A stretch of 64,000 nucleotides of DNA from Hydrogenophilaceae bacterium (GCA_024709485.1 JANJWO010000019.1:33554-97553), one strand, 5' to 3'; numbered from the stretch's first letter, positions 9,056 to 20,758 are shown. The notes: generated by a model not told the origin, from the sequence alone. Program-made: numbers and translations.

Positions 9056-10054
9056 TCAGCCGATGGTCAGCACCAGCTTGCCGCGCATGCCACCCGCCTC
9101 GATCAGTCGGTGCGCCTCGGCGGCGTCTTCGAGCGGGAGGACATTATTCACCTCGATTCGCAGCTTGTTGGCATCGAACAGCGCCGCGCACTGTTCGAGT
9201 ATCCAGGCCTGGTGCCGCTGCGCCTCCACCCAGCCGTAGACCATGGGCGAGAGCATCAGCTCCTGGGCGACGCGCAGGTTTCTCAGCCGCGCGAGCTTCC
9301 AGTCGGTTTCCGGCCCCGGCTGCAGCAGGGTGACGAGGTCGCCGTAGGCGCGCGCGGCGGCAAAGCTGGCCTGGAAAGTGGCGCCGCCCACGGTATCGAA
9401 AACAATGTCCGCGCCCTGCCCGCCGGTCAGCTCCAGCACGGTCTGCACGAAATCGGTGTCGCGGTAGTTGATGGCTTCGTCGGCGCCCAGCTGTTTGACG
9501 AACGCGGCCTTGTCCGCCGAGCCGACGGTGGTCAGCACACGGCAGCCCGCCGACTTGGCGAGCTGGATGGCGACATGCCCCACCCCGCCCGCGCCGGCGT
9601 GGACCAGCACGGTCTGCCCCGCCGTCATTCGCGCGCGGTCGTACAGTGCTTCCCAGGCGGTGATCAGCACCAGCGGCGCGGCGGCGGCCTGGTTGAAGTC
9701 GAGGCTTTCCGGCTTGCGCGCGGCAAAGCGCTCGTCCACCACTGCGTATTCGGCATAGTTGCCCGGATGACCGCCAATGCCGCCGTTGCAAAAGTACACC
9801 GCGTCGCCCGGCTTGAAGCGGCTCGCGCCGGCACCAACGGCCTCCACCACCCCCGCGCCGTCGCAGCCCAGAATGGCCGGCATGCGCTCGGGAAAATACG
9901 TGCCTTTCGATCGAAGTTTGGTGTCGATGGGATTGACCCCGGCCGCCTTCAGGCGCACCAGCAGGTCGGTGGCCTGATTGATTGCGGGAGCCGGCACGTC
10001 GGCGAGGTTGAGCACCTCGGGCGCGCCGGGAGCGGTCATCAGGATGGCTTTCAT
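9056..10054 (-). CDS. MDR-family NADPH:quinone oxidoreductase / zinc-type alcohol dehydrogenase-like protein
   Basis: AAGVNPID, ILGCDGAGVV, VLVHAGAGGVGH, C-terminal RGKLVL. Confidence 0.85.
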   Translation of the reverse strand: MKAILMTAPGAPEVLNLADVPAPAINQATDLLVRLKAAGVNPIDTKLRSKGTYFPERMPAILGCDGAGVVEAVGAGASRFKPGDAVYFCNGGIGGHPGNYAEYAVVDERFAARKPESLDFNQAAAAPLVLITAWEALYDRARMTAGQTVLVHAGAGGVGHVAIQLAKSAGCRVLTTVGSADKAAFVKQLGADEAINYRDTDFVQTVLELTGGQGADIVFDTVGGATFQASFAAARAYGDLVTLLQPGPETDWKLARLRNLRVAQELMLSPMVYGWVEAQRHQAWILEQCAALFDANKLRIEVNNVLPLEDAAEAHRLIEAGGMRGKLVLTIG

Positions 10055-10067
10055 GCTTTGTTTCTCC

Positions 10068-10280
10068 CTAATTCCCTGAAGTAAAGACAAGGGACTCCTT
10101 AAAAGTTATTCGAGCTTTGTGACCACACACAAAATCAAATGAGCGCAGATACAGCGCTAGCAATATTTCGCAAATTCCGGTTGCGGCATACCAGGGCAGG
10201 ATGAAGCCAAGACCAATACGCGCGATGAAGCGCACAAGATTACGGAAAATGGCGCGTGACTCTGGATCGTATGGGCTCAC
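10068..10280 (-). pseudogene. Probable truncated cassette ORF (small membrane-protein fragment)
   Basis: Starts just after the GTTAGGC of the attC. AT-rich with a hydrophobic segment, and runs into the left inverted repeat. Confidence 0.35.
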
Positions 10281-10288
10281 ATCTTGAT

Positions 10289-10349
10289 GCCTAACGTTCG
10301 GCGTCAGCCGCGCCCGACGTTGGGCGTCGGCTGCATGCCGGGGTTAGGC
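10289..10349 (-). mobile_element. attC: Integron attC site (61 bp)
   Basis: Minus strand GCCTAAC-cccggcATGCAGCcgacgcccaacgtcgggcgcgGCTGAcgccgaac-GTTAGGC. Complementary core sites, begins 4 bp after the methyltransferase stop. Confidence 0.85.
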
Positions 10350-10353
10350 GGGT

Positions 10354-11190
10354 TCACCGCCTGGCAACGATTTGCGCCAGAACAATCCGCGCCTCCTCGA
10401 GGTTGCGCCGCTGGTTCTGCGCCATGGCCGGAAATTCTGACCCGAGGAGCACATGAAAGCCGAGCGGCGCCACACCCTCTTTGCGGATCTTCTCGGCCAG
10501 CATTATGAACCAGGCACGTGCGGCATCGGTTGTATCCGACCAGGCCTCGATATGGAACCCTGCTTCCTCGAGGAGACTGCGCAATTCGTCCGGCGTGGTG
10601 AGGAAGCTCGATTCAGGGGTACGCGCCCAGGGAACCGGAAAGTGCACTGGGCCAGATGGTCCAGCAAGAATGTCGTAGATTGCGAGCGCGCCCCCCGGCT
10701 TGAGGACGCGAAACATCTCCTGATATAGCTGCGGCTTGTCCGGAATATTCATCGCGACGTGCTCAGTCCACACGATGTCAAACGAAGCATCCGGGAAGGG
10801 CAAGCTCGTGGCGTCGCCTTGGCGATAGTCGACAAGTTCGGCAAGGCCAATCCGCTCAGAAAGCATTGCAGCAGCGCGGCAGTACTCGTCAGTCAGGTCG
10901 ATGCCGGTGACACGGCAACCGAATTCCCGCGCAAGGCACCGCGATGTCCCGCCAACGCCGCTGCCTACATCAAGCACGCGTTTCGTGGAGTCGACCCTCG
11001 CAGCTTTAGCGAGCTCGAGCGTTGCTGCCCGACCACGAATGTGGAATTCATCGATGGGCGCCAAATCTTCCGGTGTGAGCCGGTTCAAGTCTTTGCCCGC
11101 CTTTTCGAGTGCAGCGAGGATGAGGCCGCCCAGACCGGAGCGAGTGTAGTGCGCCTGGACGGACTCGTTGACTTGCGTCGGGATTGTCAT
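10354..11190 (-). CDS. Class I SAM-dependent methyltransferase (gene cassette)
   Basis: DEFHIRG, VLDVGSGVGG, GIDLT, LPFPDASFD, RVLKPGG. Preceded by GTTAGGC (11218-11212) and followed by attC. Confidence 0.85.
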   Translation of the reverse strand: MTIPTQVNESVQAHYTRSGLGGLILAALEKAGKDLNRLTPEDLAPIDEFHIRGRAATLELAKAARVDSTKRVLDVGSGVGGTSRCLAREFGCRVTGIDLTDEYCRAAAMLSERIGLAELVDYRQGDATSLPFPDASFDIVWTEHVAMNIPDKPQLYQEMFRVLKPGGALAIYDILAGPSGPVHFPVPWARTPESSFLTTPDELRSLLEEAGFHIEAWSDTTDAARAWFIMLAEKIRKEGVAPLGFHVLLGSEFPAMAQNQRRNLEEARIVLAQIVARR

Positions 11191-11266
11191 CGTTGCCCCC
11201 TTCGTTGCGCTGCCTAACAGTTAATCGACGGGCAGAACTGCCCCAACTAAAGGGGTCGAGTTCATT

Positions 11267-11875
11267 TTACCTCCCCCGCAACACCTTGATCTGGAACAGG
11301 GTGTTGCGCTCGTCCTCCTCCAGCGCCTGCTTGATGTGCGACACGGTGGCGCGGTAGCGCGGGATGATGTTGTACTTGAGCGCGTTGACGCGCTTCTGGG
11401 TCTTGCGTTGCTCGACCACGAAGCGGCGCAGGGCGTTTTCGGCTTCGCCCAGGCGGGCGAGGAAGGCGACGAGCTCGGTCATCTTGGCTCTTGCCTCGTC
11501 GAAGCTGGTGTCGGTCCACATCAGGCCCACCGGCTGCAGCGGCAGGGTACGGGCTTCGACCGAGGGGTATTCGACGCCGACCGAGGAGCGGTGGGTGATG
11601 TCGACTTCGACCGAGGGGCCGAAACCCATGCTGGCCTGGCGCAGGATCTGGCTGCCCATGCGCAGTTCGCAAATCGCCACCCAGCGATAGGCTTCCTGCA
11701 GCTTCAATTCGGCCTCGTGGCGCATGGCCTTGTATTCCTTGAGGCGGTCCTGCACCACGCGCGTGAGCAGCTCGCGCTTTTTCTCCAGCATGTCGTGGCC
11801 CTGGGTGAGGAACTTCACCTGGCGGCCGAGCTGCAGCAAGGCGTTGCGCGTGGGCGGGACTTTCAGGCGTTTCAT
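11267..11875 (-). CDS. atpD: V/A-type ATP synthase subunit D
   Basis: PTRNALL..GHDMLEKKRELL, KTQKRVNALK..IIP, LEEDER. Confidence 0.9.
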   Translation of the reverse strand: MKRLKVPPTRNALLQLGRQVKFLTQGHDMLEKKRELLTRVVQDRLKEYKAMRHEAELKLQEAYRWVAICELRMGSQILRQASMGFGPSVEVDITHRSSVGVEYPSVEARTLPLQPVGLMWTDTSFDEARAKMTELVAFLARLGEAENALRRFVVEQRKTQKRVNALKYNIIPRYRATVSHIKQALEEDERNTLFQIKVLRGR

Positions 11876-11889
11876 GATTCCTGAAAACC

Positions 11890-12019
11890 AGCCACGGAGA
11901 TCACAGAGAGCGCAGAGAAAAAATCGATTCTTCGTGGCACATTGCTGACTGCCGCCTTGAAACCAGTAAAGTTTCCATGCACAGGAGCTTCCTCTGTGAG
12001 CTCTGCGTCCTCTGTGGCT
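11890..12019. repeat. 9-bp-period palindromic element, subfamily A (copy 2)
   Basis: AGCCACGGAGATCACAGAGAGCGCAGAG ... CTCTGTGAGCTCTGCGTCCTCTGTGGCT, between subunits B and D. Confidence 0.9.
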
Positions 12020-12038
12020 TGAAGTGCGGTTTTCGTGT

Positions 12039-13439
12039 TCATTCGCTGACCGCCTGCTGATAACGTGCGTCGAGATCCTTTTCCGACAGGCGCGTGAGCG
12101 CTTCCTTGGGCAACAGCGACAGCACTTCCCAGGCGAGGTCGAGGGTCTGGAAGATGGTGCGGTCTTCGCGCTCGCCCTGGCTGACGAAGCGGTTTTCGAA
12201 GGCTTCGGCGAACTGCAGGTAGCGGTTGTCTTCCTCCGACAGTTCCTCGGCGCCGATGATGGCGGCGAGGCTCCGCACTTCCTGCGCCTTGGCGTAGGAA
12301 GCGAACAGCTGGCTGGCGACGCGGGCGTGGTCCTCGCGCGTCATGCCTTCGCCGATGCCATCCTTCATCAGCCTCGAAAGCGAAGGCAATACCGCCACCG
12401 GCGGCTGCACGTTGGCGGCGGCGAGCTCGCGCGACAGCACGATCTGGCCTTCGGTGATGTAGCCGGTGAGGTCGGGCACGGGGTGGGTGATGTCGTCGGA
12501 GGGCATGGACACCACCGGGATCAGGGTGATGGAGCCGGCCTTGCCGCGGATGCGCCCGGCGCGCTCGTAGATTTCCGCGAGGTCGGAATAGAGATAGCCG
12601 GGAAAGCCCTTGCGCGCGGGCACGTCGCCCTTGCCGGTGGCGATCTCCCGCAAGGCTTCCGCGTAGTAGGTCATGTCGGTCATCACCACCAGCACGTGCA
12701 TGTCGAGGTCGAAGGCCAGGTACTCGGCGCAGGTCAGCGCCACGCGCGGCAGGATCAGGCGCTCGATGGGCGGGTCGTCGGCGAGGTTGATGAAGGTCGC
12801 CACCTGCCCCAGCACCCCGCTCTCCTCGAAGCTTTCCTCGAAGAAGCGCGCGTCGCTGTGCGACACGCCCATGGCGGCGAAGACCAAGGCGAAGTCGCCG
12901 TGACTTTCGGTCTTGCCGGCATGCAGGAGCTTGGCCTGGCGCACGATCTGCGCGGCGAGGCGGTTGTGCGGCAATCCGGAGCCGGAAAAAACCGGCAGCT
13001 TCTGGCCGCGCACCAGGGTGTTCATGCCGTCGATGGTGGAAATGCCGGTCTGGATGAACTCGCGCGGATAGGCGCGCGCGGCCGGATTGATCGAGGCGCC
13101 GTTGACGTTGCGCGAGAGTTTGGAAACGATGGGCGGGCGGCCGTCGCGCGGCTGGCCCACGCCGTTGAACACGCGGCCCAGCACTTCCGGCGCCAGCGCC
13201 AGCTCGAAGGGCTTGTCGAGGAAGCGCACCCAGGTGCGTTCGAGGTCGAGGTTGTCGGTGCCCTCGAAGATCTGCACCAGCACGAGCTCGGCGGAAGTGC
13301 GGATGACCTGGCCGCTGCGTTGGCGACCCTGGTGGTCGCGCACCACCACGCGGTCGCCGAGCGCCGCTTCCGGCACCTTGCGCATGGCGAGCAGGCCGCC
13401 GCGCGCCCAGGCGGCCGAGCTGTATTCAAGCGATGACAT
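12039..13439 (-). CDS. atpB: V/A-type ATP synthase subunit B
   Basis: [67 protein letters not shown]. Confidence 0.95.
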   Translation of the reverse strand: MSSLEYSSAAWARGGLLAMRKVPEAALGDRVVVRDHQGRQRSGQVIRTSAELVLVQIFEGTDNLDLERTWVRFLDKPFELALAPEVLGRVFNGVGQPRDGRPPIVSKLSRNVNGASINPAARAYPREFIQTGISTIDGMNTLVRGQKLPVFSGSGLPHNRLAAQIVRQAKLLHAGKTESHGDFALVFAAMGVSHSDARFFEESFEESGVLGQVATFINLADDPPIERLILPRVALTCAEYLAFDLDMHVLVVMTDMTYYAEALREIATGKGDVPARKGFPGYLYSDLAEIYERAGRIRGKAGSITLIPVVSMPSDDITHPVPDLTGYITEGQIVLSRELAAANVQPPVAVLPSLSRLMKDGIGEGMTREDHARVASQLFASYAKAQEVRSLAAIIGAEELSEEDNRYLQFAEAFENRFVSQGEREDRTIFQTLDLAWEVLSLLPKEALTRLSEKDLDARYQQAVSE

Positions 13440-13474
13440 GAAACATCTTCCGAGAATTAACTTCCATAAAAGAC

Positions 13475-13545
13475 AGCCACAGAGAGCACCGAGTAGAGCC
13501 CGGAGGCACAGCCTTTCTCTGTGTTCCTCTGTGTTCTCTGTGGCT
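13475..13545. repeat. 9-bp-period palindromic element, subfamily A, short spacer (copy 3)
   Basis: AGCCACAGAGAGCACCGAG ... CTCTGTGTTCCTCTGTGTTCTCTGTGGCT, between subunits A and B. Confidence 0.9.
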
Positions 13546-13556
13546 TGATGTTGTCT

Positions 13557-15364
<1,808 letters not shown>

Positions 15365-15368
<4 letters not shown>

Positions 15369-15991
15369 GCCGCTCCCCCCTGATTGAAAAGCCTGTCCAT
15401 GATCACGCCCAGCACTTCGTCCTGCAGGCGCGCGAGCCGGCCCTCGAAGGTGTTGTCCACGCGCAGCCTGCCGTCGGCGCTGCGCACCCGCATGCCGCCG
15501 CTGGCGTGCTCGGTCAGCGGCGCCAGTTCCACCTTGCGCCCCGGCGCGGCCTGCGCGGCCAGTTCATGCCAATGCGGACGCAGGGTATCGAGGTCGCGCG
15601 GATTGAGTTCCGCGACCAGTTCGCCTTCGGGCATGACCTGCGCGGCTTCGGCGAGATAGCCTTGCAATATTGTGTGATAGCGCGGCGCATCCTGCGTCAA
15701 CTGCTCCAGGCGCTTGCGCACTTCGTGCAGCGCGTCCTGCGCCAGCGCCCAGCGCAGGCGGTCGTGCTCGCTGTCGATGCGCAGCTTGGTGGCCTGGAGG
15801 AGCTGGCGGCACAGGCGCTCGGCTTCCAGTTGGTAGCGCTGCGCCTCGCCCTCTTCCAACTTGCGCAGCTTGGCCTGCAGTTCTTGTTCGATCTGCTCGC
15901 TCGCCTCGCGCGCCTTGCGCAGGTGCTGGTCGGCGAGCGCCATGGCCTGCGCGGCCAGCAGGCCTTCGAGTTTTTCGCTGTGCTGGCTCAT
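15365..15991 (-). CDS. atpE: V/A-type ATP synthase subunit E
   Basis: N-terminal coiled coil, C-terminal GGMRVRSADGRLRVDNTFEGRL. Confidence 0.85.
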
Positions 15992-16338
15992 GTCGCCTCT
16001 CCTTGCAGGCCGATCAGCCGGTCGACGTCGGAATGGAATGCGCCGGCGCCGGCCAGCGGCGGCACCTGCACCACCACGATGCGTCCGCCCTCGCTGCGCA
16101 CGCGCGCAAGCCAGGGGCCGGGTTCGTCGGCAAGACCGGACTCGATCAGCACCAGCGCCTTTTCCTTGTTCGTCACCAGCGCCTTCAACAGCGCTTCGAG
16201 CTCGTCCGCGCCGGCGTTGGGCACCACTTCCACGCCCGCGAGGCGGAAGCCGTCCATGAGCGGCGCGGAGCCCAGGGCGATGATGCGCGTGGCTGCGCGG
16301 TGAGGCGGGAGGCGGGAGGCGTCAGGCGTGTGATTCAT
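15988..16338 (-). CDS. atpF: V/A-type ATP synthase subunit F
   Basis: IIALG...GFRLAGV motif, about 110 aa. Confidence 0.85.
   Translation of the reverse strand: MNHTPDASRLPPHRAATRIIALGSAPLMDGFRLAGVEVVPNAGADELEALLKALVTNKEKALVLIESGLADEPGPWLARVRSEGGRIVVVQVPPLAGAGAFHSDVDRLIGLQGEAT
16300..16327 (+). repeat. Degenerate 7-bp tandem repeat (GNNAGGC x4) in the 5' end of subunit F
   Basis: GTGAGGC GGGAGGC GGGAGGC GTCAGGC. Confidence 0.65.
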
Positions 16339-16347
16339 GTGATGGCT

Positions 16348-16791
16348 TCAGATCTTTCCAAGCAGCAGAATCGACATGACCAGGCCGTAGATGGCGATGC
16401 CCTCGGCGAGGCCGAGGTAGATCAGGGTGCGGCCGAACATTTCCGGCTTCTCCGCCACCACGGCCAATGCCGCCGAGCCCACCGGCCCCAGCGCCAGCGC
16501 CGCGCCGATCGCGGCCAGGCCGGTGGGCAGGCCGATGCCGAGGATGGCGACGCCGAGGCCCATGCTGATCTCGCCGCGCGCGGCCACCGCCGTGGTCTCG
16601 GCCATGACTTCCTGCGCGCCCAGCACCATCAGGCCCAGGAAAGCCAGGGCGAAGACGCCGAAATTGCCCAGCAGCCAGCCGCGCGCGCGCCTCGGCGAGG
16701 CGACGCGCTTGTCCGGCGACAGTTCCAGGTAGACCCCGAGGGCGATGAGCCCGACCACGCTGAGCGTCATGATGCCTGCGATAAAAATCAT
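16348..16791 (-). CDS. atpK: V/A-type ATP synthase subunit K/c (proteolipid)
   Basis: C-terminal hairpin with EKPEMFGRTLIYLGLAEGIAIYG, plus two extra N-terminal hydrophobic segments. Confidence 0.9.
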   Translation of the reverse strand: MIFIAGIMTLSVVGLIALGVYLELSPDKRVASPRRARGWLLGNFGVFALAFLGLMVLGAQEVMAETTAVAARGEISMGLGVAILGIGLPTGLAAIGAALALGPVGSAALAVVAEKPEMFGRTLIYLGLAEGIAIYGLVMSILLLGKI

Positions 16792-16804
16792 GTTGTTCTC
16801 CTCT

Positions 16805-18739
16805 TCAGGTTTTCAAATGTTCTTGCTTGCGCAACGCCAATGGCTGGAAGGCGCGCCCGCTGCCGCTGTAGAAGCGCGAGAAGCCTTCGTAGTATTCCAG
16901 GCGCAATACCTGGATGGCGACGATGGCGCCTTCCAGGCCCAGGATGATGAGGTTGCCGATGACCAGCGTGATCCAGCGCCCGGCCGTGCCCAGGCTGTCG
17001 GCGATGGTGAACACCGCCAGCGCCAGCGCCACGTGGTTGATGGAAAAGGCGGCGACGCGCATGAAGGACAGCGTATTGGAAAAGAAGCCGATCACCGACT
17101 CGAAGGTCTCGATGATCACGGTCAGCAGGCGCTCGGCCAGGCCGCCGTGGTTTTCCAGCCAGTTCCAGACGAGGATGGCGGCCAGCCCCGCGCCCGAAAA
17201 CATCGCCGCGGTCGCGCCGAACCCGCCGGCCGTGGAGAGGCCGTACACCCCCGCCGCCGCGCCAAGGTACAGAAACAGCCCGGCCACGCCGCCGGCGTCG
17301 AACAGCGCGCGCGACACCATGCCCGCGGCCAGGCGGTTGTAGATGGTGAGCAGCTGAGTCACGGTGATGAAGCCCACGCCCCACCACACGGCCGCCAGCA
17401 GCATGCGCACCGGATCGTGCAGCGGCGAGACCCACAAGGGCTCGACCACGGTCTCGAAGCCGAACAGGCTGCCGTAGGCGAAGCCGAACAAGGCGGCGGT
17501 CAGGCCGGCGCCGACGAACAGCGGGCGGAAGCGCCTGGCCTTGCCGCGCAAGGCGAGGCCGCCGGCGGCGATGACCAGGCCCTGGCCGATGTCGCCGAAC
17601 ATCATGCCGAACATGAGCACGAAGGAAATCGCGAACAGCCAGGTGGGATCGAACTCGCCGTAGCGCGGGATGCCGTAGTTGCGCACCAGTTCGGAGAACG
17701 GCCCCAGCCAGCTGGGATAGCGCACCACCGAGGGCACGCTGTCGAGTTCGGACTTGAACGGCGGCCGCAGCTGCAGCACGTACCTGTCCTTGAGCCGCGC
17801 ATCGAGCGCCGCGCGCATGCGCGCGGCATCGCGCTCGGCGATCCAGCCGGTGATGAGCGCCAGCCCGCCGCGCGCGCGCAGGGTTTCGGCGGAGATGCGC
17901 ACGTAGGGCTCGGCCAGCGCCAGGCCGCTGCGGATGTCGCGCAGCCTCGCATCGACGTTGCCCAGCGTGGCGCGGTGGCGGCTTTCGCTGGCCCCGGCCT
18001 CCCGGCGCAGTTGTTCGGCAGCCTCTTCCAATGCTTCGCGCGCCTGTTCCGGATGCGCGAGCAGCTCCGGCTCCAGCGTCATTTCCTGCCAGCCGGCGGC
18101 ATCCATGGCGCCGCGGATTTCGCCGGCCTTGCCGAGCGGGCCCGCCGCCACGGCGTAGACGCGGCCGCCCTGCGCATCGAACACTTCCAGCAGAAACCCG
18201 GACAACTCCAGCGCCTCGGTCAGCCGTGCGAGGTTCGTTTCCGGCAGCGTGCCGATGCGCGTTTGCAAAAAGCGCTTGGGCTGCGCCAGCCAGCCGAGAT
18301 CGATGTCGAGCTTGCGGAAGTGCTCGAGCGAGCTGAGCAGGCCGGCGTTATGTTCCAGCGCTTCGTTGATGCGGCGCTTGTCTTCCTCGCAGCGCGAGGC
18401 CACGTTCCACAGCTCGCCCAGCCATGCGTTCCAGTCCTGCAATTGTTCGAGCGTGGGCGCGTCCGGCCCGGCAGGCTGCGCAGCGGCTTGCTCGGCGCCG
18501 ATTTCCCTGCCGGCCAGCGCCGCCGGGCCGTAATGCTCCAGAATCTTGTTGAGCCGCGCGTTCGCCTCGGCAAACACCTCCGCATAGCGGTCGCCCGGTG
18601 TGTCCGGCAGCTCGCGCTCCCAGGCCTGGCTCTTCTCCGGCGTGAAGATGCCATAGGTCGCCAGCAGCAGCGAGGCCTGCGGCGCGTCCGCGTTCAGCAC
18701 CCAGAGCGAGACATGCTGCATGGAAAGCGGCTTGAACAT
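16805..18739 (-). CDS. atpI: V/A-type ATP synthase subunit I/a
   Basis: YGIPRYGEFDPT, FGMMFGDIGQG, SNTLSFMRVAAF, RLEYYEGFSRFY. Start MFKP at 18739. Confidence 0.92.
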   Translation of the reverse strand: MFKPLSMQHVSLWVLNADAPQASLLLATYGIFTPEKSQAWERELPDTPGDRYAEVFAEANARLNKILEHYGPAALAGREIGAEQAAAQPAGPDAPTLEQLQDWNAWLGELWNVASRCEEDKRRINEALEHNAGLLSSLEHFRKLDIDLGWLAQPKRFLQTRIGTLPETNLARLTEALELSGFLLEVFDAQGGRVYAVAAGPLGKAGEIRGAMDAAGWQEMTLEPELLAHPEQAREALEEAAEQLRREAGASESRHRATLGNVDARLRDIRSGLALAEPYVRISAETLRARGGLALITGWIAERDAARMRAALDARLKDRYVLQLRPPFKSELDSVPSVVRYPSWLGPFSELVRNYGIPRYGEFDPTWLFAISFVLMFGMMFGDIGQGLVIAAGGLALRGKARRFRPLFVGAGLTAALFGFAYGSLFGFETVVEPLWVSPLHDPVRMLLAAVWWGVGFITVTQLLTIYNRLAAGMVSRALFDAGGVAGLFLYLGAAAGVYGLSTAGGFGATAAMFSGAGLAAILVWNWLENHGGLAERLLTVIIETFESVIGFFSNTLSFMRVAAFSINHVALALAVFTIADSLGTAGRWITLVIGNLIILGLEGAIVAIQVLRLEYYEGFSRFYSGSGRAFQPLALRKQEHLKT

Positions 18740-18740
18740 G

Positions 18741-19781
18741 TCAGGCGGCCTCGACCAGGGACATGTGCTGAAGCGCCTCCAGCCCCATCGCCTGGCGGAT
18801 GGTCTGCGCATCGAGGCCGATGGCATGGCCTTTCAGGGCTGCGCGCACCAGCTTGAGATCGTGCTCGCGCAGGATGAGATAGGCGCAGGCGCGGGCAAAG
18901 CCGGGCGCGCTCGAACGCAGCACGGCCTCGGCGTTGCGCACCGCCCTGCCTTCCAGGAGGGTAAAGACCTGGTACACGCTGTCCGCCCCGGCCAGCCAGC
19001 CGCGATAGGGCTGCGGCAGCGCGGCCAAGACCTCCTCGAAACGGTTGAGCACCGACAGTTCGCGCAGCACGCCCGATGCAATGCGGTAATGGCTGGGCAC
19101 CAGCAGGTAGTACACCTGCGACGCCGGCAGCTGGTAGAGGAAGCGGTAGCGCAAGAGCCACACCAGGTTGATGCGGTCGATCAGCATTTCCACCAGATCG
19201 CGGAAAGGCTTGCCGAACGCGCCTTCCTGCTGGCGCGCGAGCTCCACCAGGCCGTGATAGAAGCGGCGGTCGAGCGCGGCATCGAGCTCGAACAGGCGCG
19301 GCTGCGCCTCGAAGGCGCGGCGCGCGAAGCGCACGATGTCGGCGTAATGCGTGGTTTCCAGGCGGCGCAGCAGCTCGCCGACGTCCTCGGTCTGCAGCAG
19401 CTCCGCCAGCGGCAGCGAGGCCAGGAAGCCGAGGTCGATCAGCTCCTTGCGCACGACGGCAATCGGCGTGCCGGACAGCTTGGCGCGCAGGATGGCCTTG
19501 AGGTTGGAAAGCTCGAAGCGCAGCGTCCAGTATTCCAGGAACCGGCGCCCCTCGCCCGCCGCGCGCATCAGGATGAGGATGTCGTCGAGCTGGCTGCGGA
19601 TGATGGACTGCTCAAGGTAGCGTCCGGCTTCGAGCTCGGCCAGGATCTGCGAGAGACCGGCGCGCGCCCGCACCGCGGCGCGCGCTTCCTCATTGCCTGC
19701 GGCCAGCACCGGCAGCTCGGCCGCGCGCAGCAGGCGCGCGGCCATCAGGCTGACACGGGCGTCAAGATAGCGGTTGAGCAT
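18741..19781 (-). CDS. atpC: V/A-type ATP synthase subunit C/d
   Basis: YLDARV, FELSNLKAILRAK, IDRINLVWLLRYR. Size and operon position fit. Confidence 0.8.
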   Translation of the reverse strand: MLNRYLDARVSLMAARLLRAAELPVLAAGNEEARAAVRARAGLSQILAELEAGRYLEQSIIRSQLDDILILMRAAGEGRRFLEYWTLRFELSNLKAILRAKLSGTPIAVVRKELIDLGFLASLPLAELLQTEDVGELLRRLETTHYADIVRFARRAFEAQPRLFELDAALDRRFYHGLVELARQQEGAFGKPFRDLVEMLIDRINLVWLLRYRFLYQLPASQVYYLLVPSHYRIASGVLRELSVLNRFEEVLAALPQPYRGWLAGADSVYQVFTLLEGRAVRNAEAVLRSSAPGFARACAYLILREHDLKLVRAALKGHAIGLDAQTIRQAMGLEALQHMSLVEAA

Positions 19782-19824
19782 GGTTGGCTTTGGCTGCGCG
19801 CATCGGCACCCGCATGCGCAAGGC

Positions 19825-20139
19825 TCAGCGTCGGCCGAGGATCAACGCCAGCGCGCCCTCGACCGCGGCTTCCTCGTTGCCTGCCGCCAGCGCCCGCAGC
19901 GCGCGCATGCGGGCGGCGGATTCCGCCTCGAGTTCGGCGATGCGCCGCTGCGCGCCCTCCTCGGCCGTGGCCAGGAAAGGCCTGCGCCGGGCTTCGGCCT
20001 GCTTTTCAAATTCGAGTTCGGCGCGACGCGCCTCGTCGAGCGCGTCCTGGATGATCTTCCTGCGCGCCGCGTCGGCGGCTTCGACCTTGTCCTCGGCCTC
20101 CTTTTCGGCGGCGAGCAGGCGTTTGAGGATGTCTTCCAT
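19825..20139 (-). CDS. V/A-type ATP synthase subunit G/H (peripheral stalk)
   Basis: 104-aa charged helix MEDILKRLLAAEKEAE...A..EA. ATG overlaps the hupE stop (TGATG). Confidence 0.75.
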   Translation of the reverse strand: MEDILKRLLAAEKEAEDKVEAADAARRKIIQDALDEARRAELEFEKQAEARRRPFLATAEEGAQRRIAELEAESAARMRALRALAAGNEEAAVEGALALILGRR

Positions 20140-20717
20140 CAGCCGGCGGCATTCACCAGCATGCCGAGGCCCGCCAGCGAAATGGCGGCGCCGGCCAGGC
20201 CCAGGTGGAGCTGGCGCAGCTTCAGGCCGGCGAGCACGCCGGCCCCGTGCAGCAGCGCGGTGGCGGCGAGCATGCCGCAGGCATAGCCCCAGGGCGAGGC
20301 GGCAAGCGGCATTTCCTGGCCGTGGGCGACGCCGTGGCTCAGCGCGAACAGCCCGGTCAGCGCGGCGGCAAGCGGCAGCAGCATGCGGCGGCGCGCGGCC
20401 ACCAATGCGCCCAGCACCAGCACCGACAGCGCGATGCCGGCTTCCAGTCCGGCGAAGCTCGCGCCGCTCATGCCCAGCGCGGCGCCAATGGCCATGGCGC
20501 CGACGAAGCTTGCCGGCAAGATCCACCGCGCGCGGCCGCCCTGCTGTGCCGCCCACAGGCCCACCGCCACCATGGCGAGCAGATGGTCGAGGCCGCTGAA
20601 TGGATGCAGCATGCCGGCGATCAGCCCGGCGTCATGGGCGTGCACGCCCTGGCCGTGCGCCCAGGCGGCGGGCGCGGCAATCGCCAGTGCAAGCAGCGTG
20701 AGATTCCTGATGTGCAT
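20139..20717 (-). CDS. hupE: HupE/UreJ family nickel transporter
   Basis: Signal peptide ending AH, HPFSGLDHLLAMVAVGLW, HGVAHGQE, TALLHGAG. Confidence 0.92.
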   Translation of the reverse strand: MHIRNLTLLALAIAAPAAWAHGQGVHAHDAGLIAGMLHPFSGLDHLLAMVAVGLWAAQQGGRARWILPASFVGAMAIGAALGMSGASFAGLEAGIALSVLVLGALVAARRRMLLPLAAALTGLFALSHGVAHGQEMPLAASPWGYACGMLAATALLHGAGVLAGLKLRQLHLGLAGAAISLAGLGMLVNAAG

Positions 20718-20758
20718 ATCGTGTCCTTTTCTCAATAAGCCATTTATTTCATTTTTGC

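Larger units (their letters stand above)
10081..11270. mobile_element. Segment bounded by imperfect inverted repeats, carrying integron cassette DNA
   Basis: Left end GTAAAGACAAGGGACTCCTTAAAAGTT (10081-10107) versus reverse complement of the right end GTAAAATGAACTCGACCCCTTTAGTT (11245-11270). Interior is visibly less GC-rich than the flanks. Confidence 0.5.
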
